A stretch of 64,000 bases of DNA from assembly GCF_000142905.1 (NCBI RefSeq), contig NW_013657662.1, forward strand, positions 1-64,000, in the 5' to 3' direction. This DNA comes from Thecamonas trahens ATCC 50062 (lineage: Eukaryota; Protista; Apusomonadida). The notes under the pieces are model-generated. The model did no database searches, was not told the DNA's origin, and saw only the letters and a program-made list of their open reading frames with translations. Shown piece after piece: positions 62,346-64,000 of this stretch. Position 1 is the first letter of the stretch. Each line of letters begins with the position of its first letter. Made by a program: the position numbers and the translations under genes.

Positions 62346-64000
62346 TTACCCCAGCGTCAGCCGCAGATCGTTGTACCGCTTCTGCAGCTTCAGGTACCGC
62401 TCCTCCATCTTCTTGCAGTCGATGACCGCCTCGTCGCGCTCAAACTTGTACTCGGCAAGCTTCATCTTGGCGTCCACGAGCGCTGCTTCGGCAGATTGCG
62501 TCCTTGCAGACTCGGCAGCCAGCGACGACTGCGCCTCGCTCACGTCGCCACGCAGTCGGTCGAGCTCGGAGCACATGTCGGCCTTCTCGCGCGTCAGCTC
62601 CGAAAGCACCGTCTCGAGCAGCGACCGCGCGTTCTCCAGCTCGGCCTTGGCTCCGGCCGCAGCCTTGTGCTCTTCTCGGAGCACCTCCAGCTTGGTCGTC
62701 AGGTCGTCAAGCTCCATCCGCACTTCATCCAGCTCCTCGCTTGCCTTGACCTTGGCCGTGCTCGCCCGCTCTACATCGGCCTGAGTAGCGTCCAGCCGCG
62801 TCTGTAGCGTCTCCAGCGATGCCGCAAGCGCAGACTTTTCGCCTTGCAGCAAGCCCATCGCCGTTGCAAGCTCCACCTTTTCGTCACGCTGGGCCTCGAG
62901 CTGCATCTCCAGCCGGTCCACCGCGGCTTGCTTCGACGTCACTGACGAGCTCAGCGTCTCGTCCTGCGCAGAGAGTCGCGCCACCCGCATCTGCAGCTCG
63001 CTCAGCTCGCTCTGCGCCGCAGCTACCTGCGCCTTGCTCGCCTCCAGGTTGCGGACCTCTTCCTGCAGCGCGCGGACTTGTCCTGACAGCGACGCCGCCT
63101 CCTCCTCCAGCGCCGCAACCTTGGCCGTCGCTCTCTCGGCCGCGCCTTCAGCCTCCTCGCGCTGCCCCACGAGCTTGGCCAGATCGGCTTCGTTCTGCCG
63201 CTGCCGCTCCTCCGCCACCGCGCTCGCAGCCTGCAGCGTCGAGATCTGGCTCTCTGCCGCCGCCCGAGCCGATTCAACCGACGCCAGTGCCGACGAGCTG
63301 GCCGACTTTTGCTGCTCCAGCTGCGCCAGCTCGTCCTTGAGCCCCACGAGAGCCTCACGCGCTGCCGCCACCTCGGCCTGTGCCGCCACGGCCTCGGTGG
63401 TGGCAGCCTCGGCTGCCGCCCGCGCCGCTGCCTCGGCCGCCTCGGCTGCTTCGGCTACGCCGGCAGCCTGTGCCGCCGCCGCCTCGGCCTCTGCCAGCCT
63501 CGCTGCCGCCGCCTCCGACTCGGACACTGCCGCCACCCGCGCCGCCTTGGCCTCCGACGCCTCACTACGCGCACTCGCCGCCACCGCTGTTGCTGCCTCG
63601 GCTTCGGCCTGCGCCTCGTCGCGCGCCATTTCCGCTTGCGCGACCTCCTCGAGCAAGTCTTGTGACCGAGCCGTCAGGCTCTCCACCTTGGGCTCGAGCT
63701 TCTCAAGCGCCACCTGCGCCCGCTCGCTAGCCTCGGTCTTGGCCGCTACCTCGCACTCCAGCCGTCCTGCCTCGGCCTCCAACCGCGTCGCCTCCGTCTG
63801 GCCGGCCTCGATCTTGGCCTTGAGGTCGATAAGCGCCGCGAGGCCGATCGACCGCTGCGACTCGTGACGCGCTAACACGGCCTCGAGCTCAGCAACCTGG
63901 CTCGACAGCTCGGTGCTCTTCTGACGCACGCTAGCGAGCTCTGCTGTCTTGGCATCGAGCTCCGACGACGACGCTGCCAGCTTCAACTTGAGCTCCGCCA
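62346..64000 (-). CDS. Long coiled-coil protein, 5' end outside the window
   Basis: Continuous A/E/L/K heptad ORF open to the window edge. Confidence 0.8.
   Translation of the reverse strand, partial: AELKLKLAASSSELDAKTAELASVRQKSTELSSQVAELEAVLARHESQRSIGLAALIDLKAKIEAGQTEATRLEAEAGRLECEVAAKTEASERAQVALEKLEPKVESLTARSQDLLEEVAQAEMARDEAQAEAEAATAVAASARSEASEAKAARVAAVSESEAAAARLAEAEAAAAQAAGVAEAAEAAEAAARAAAEAATTEAVAAQAEVAAAREALVGLKDELAQLEQQKSASSSALASVESARAAAESQISTLQAASAVAEERQRQNEADLAKLVGQREEAEGAAERATAKVAALEEEAASLSGQVRALQEEVRNLEASKAQVAAAQSELSELQMRVARLSAQDETLSSSVTSKQAAVDRLEMQLEAQRDEKVELATAMGLLQGEKSALAASLETLQTRLDATQADVERASTAKVKASEELDEVRMELDDLTTKLEVLREEHKAAAGAKAELENARSLLETVLSELTREKADMCSELDRLRGDVSEAQSSLAAESARTQSAEAALVDAKMKLAEYKFERDEAVIDCKKMEERYLKLQKRYNDLRLTLG

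Overview
GC-rich, gene-dense eukaryotic draft sequence with few spliceosomal GT-AG introns (donors GTACGY/GTAAG/GTATGT) and two N-gaps (22772-23265, 59941-60040). Composition and gene content resemble an apusomonad-type protist such as Thecamonas (inference, not verified). About 30 protein genes are visible. Recognisable ones: PH-domain protein, PPP1R36-like, ACSBG-like acyl-CoA synthetase, alpha/beta hydrolase, Sfr1/Mei5, mitochondrial RNase II, PITAIRE CDK12/13-type kinase, FPP synthase, Cwc15, HSF, VOC/PhnB, FERM, Ska2, LRR, Zwilch, BCKDK-like, CDF transporter, profilin, a BRCT-PHD-TALE homeobox protein and Pcf11. The most striking system is a pair of paralogous single-pass receptors (15874-20470 +, 29667-33969 -). 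Each has a bacterial-type solute-binding ectodomain, a CHB_HEX_C/Fn3-like domain, a TM helix and a kinase-cyclase-kinase cytoplasmic part in which all three catalytic domains look degenerate. Many genes are broken by single-base deficits in the same (-1) direction at short homopolymers, most likely assembly error, so the supplied ORF track splits or mis-extends many genes. All family assignments are by eye from motifs; no database search was run.
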